DNA of 64,000 nt, from contig CDMY01000497.1 of NCBI GenBank assembly GCA_001179505.1, positions 1 to 64,000 on the forward strand. Direction: 5' to 3'. Within the stretch, counting starts at the first letter, position 1; the number at the start of each line of letters is the position of its first letter. This document shows, piece after piece, positions 63,412-64,000 of this stretch. The notes below the pieces were generated by a model. That model worked only from the letters and a program-made list of their open reading frames with translations. It was not told the origin of the DNA and made no database searches. The DNA comes from Vitrella brassicaformis CCMP3155 (Eukaryota; Protista; Chromerida). A program made the translations under genes and the position numbers.

Positions 63412-64000
63412 GCATCCGTTGCCAGACGAGGCACTCGGGCTGCACGTCCACCAGGGTGTACTCTATCTTGTCGGCGTAGTTGGCCGTCGTGTAGCCGCAC
63501 GACTCGAGAGCACGGCCGAGTGGTGCGCCATCCACACCCCACGGAACTCTGGCAGATAGGTACCTGGGGGGAACGCATTCATCCACAGCCACCAATCCAA
63601 TCAGCCAGCCAATGAATATATCGATGATGCCTGCACGCACCTGAAGTAGTACTGAATGCCGGTCAGCGGCTCGTTCAGAAAACGCGCTTCAAGCTGCACC
63701 GTGTTCCTTCAGCCACCGCACACCACAGCACAGCACTAACCCAAACCTCCACACTGTCAATGCAGCTGCAGTGTTGCCTCATGGGTTGCGCACTTTGCTT
63801 AGATGAGCACAAACGAGTCGACATCCACTCCATCGGCATTGAATTTGCTCGCCATGTTGTGCAGCTGTGCCACGGGGCTAAAGTCGGTCCGGGCGAGTCT
63901 GGCGTCGAGGTGTGGGGCGAGCTCCCGCTGCAGCGGAGGATGAGGGGCACCACCTTGCTGCGCTTGATGGGCCGGCAGGTCACCGCTTTCCAAGGCCGCT
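63412..64000 (-). CDS. Partial hypothetical multi-exon gene running from the window edge into the gap
   Basis: Spliceable segments ..ARFLNEPLTGIQYYF|RYLSARVPWGVDGAPLGRALESCGY..KIEYTLVDVQPECLVWQR; no domain recognised. Confidence 0.4.

Noticed and set aside
1-64000. Autonomous transposons, rRNA/tRNA genes, spliced-leader sequence
   Set aside because: I saw no reverse transcriptase, integrase or transposase motifs, no cloverleaf or rRNA signatures, and no recognisable SL exon. Small RNAs could be missed without covariance-model searches.

Overview
Intron-dense eukaryotic DNA. Introns are short and packed with (CAGA)n, (TG)n and (GGAT)n microsatellites, and several genes belong to lineage-specific expanded families. 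This style points to a chromerid alveolate such as Vitrella (inference, not a database match). I hand-spliced the genes. From left to right: an SP-RING (MIZ) SUMO E3-like gene, a degenerate-RING gene, a lineage-specific family gene, a Ulp1/SENP SUMO protease, a giant subtilase gene, an ankyrin pseudogene, an intron-containing H2A variant, a CELF/FCA-like RRM gene, two duplicated lineage-specific genes (A/A', B/B'), a ubiquitin-like/coiled-coil gene, a TPR-MYND gene, a decayed bacterial-type DUF3179 gene and a further family gene. There are two assembly gaps. The standout is 13819-23172 (-). Its exons can be spliced in frame into one secreted protein of roughly 2,000 aa. In it, about 29 tandem Trp-rich peptides, each delimited by a G-I-[A/Q]-R-like motif and partly encoded on 25-83 nt microexons, are fused upstream of an intact S8 subtilisin domain. 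This is a candidate self-processing, alternatively spliced multi-peptide precursor.
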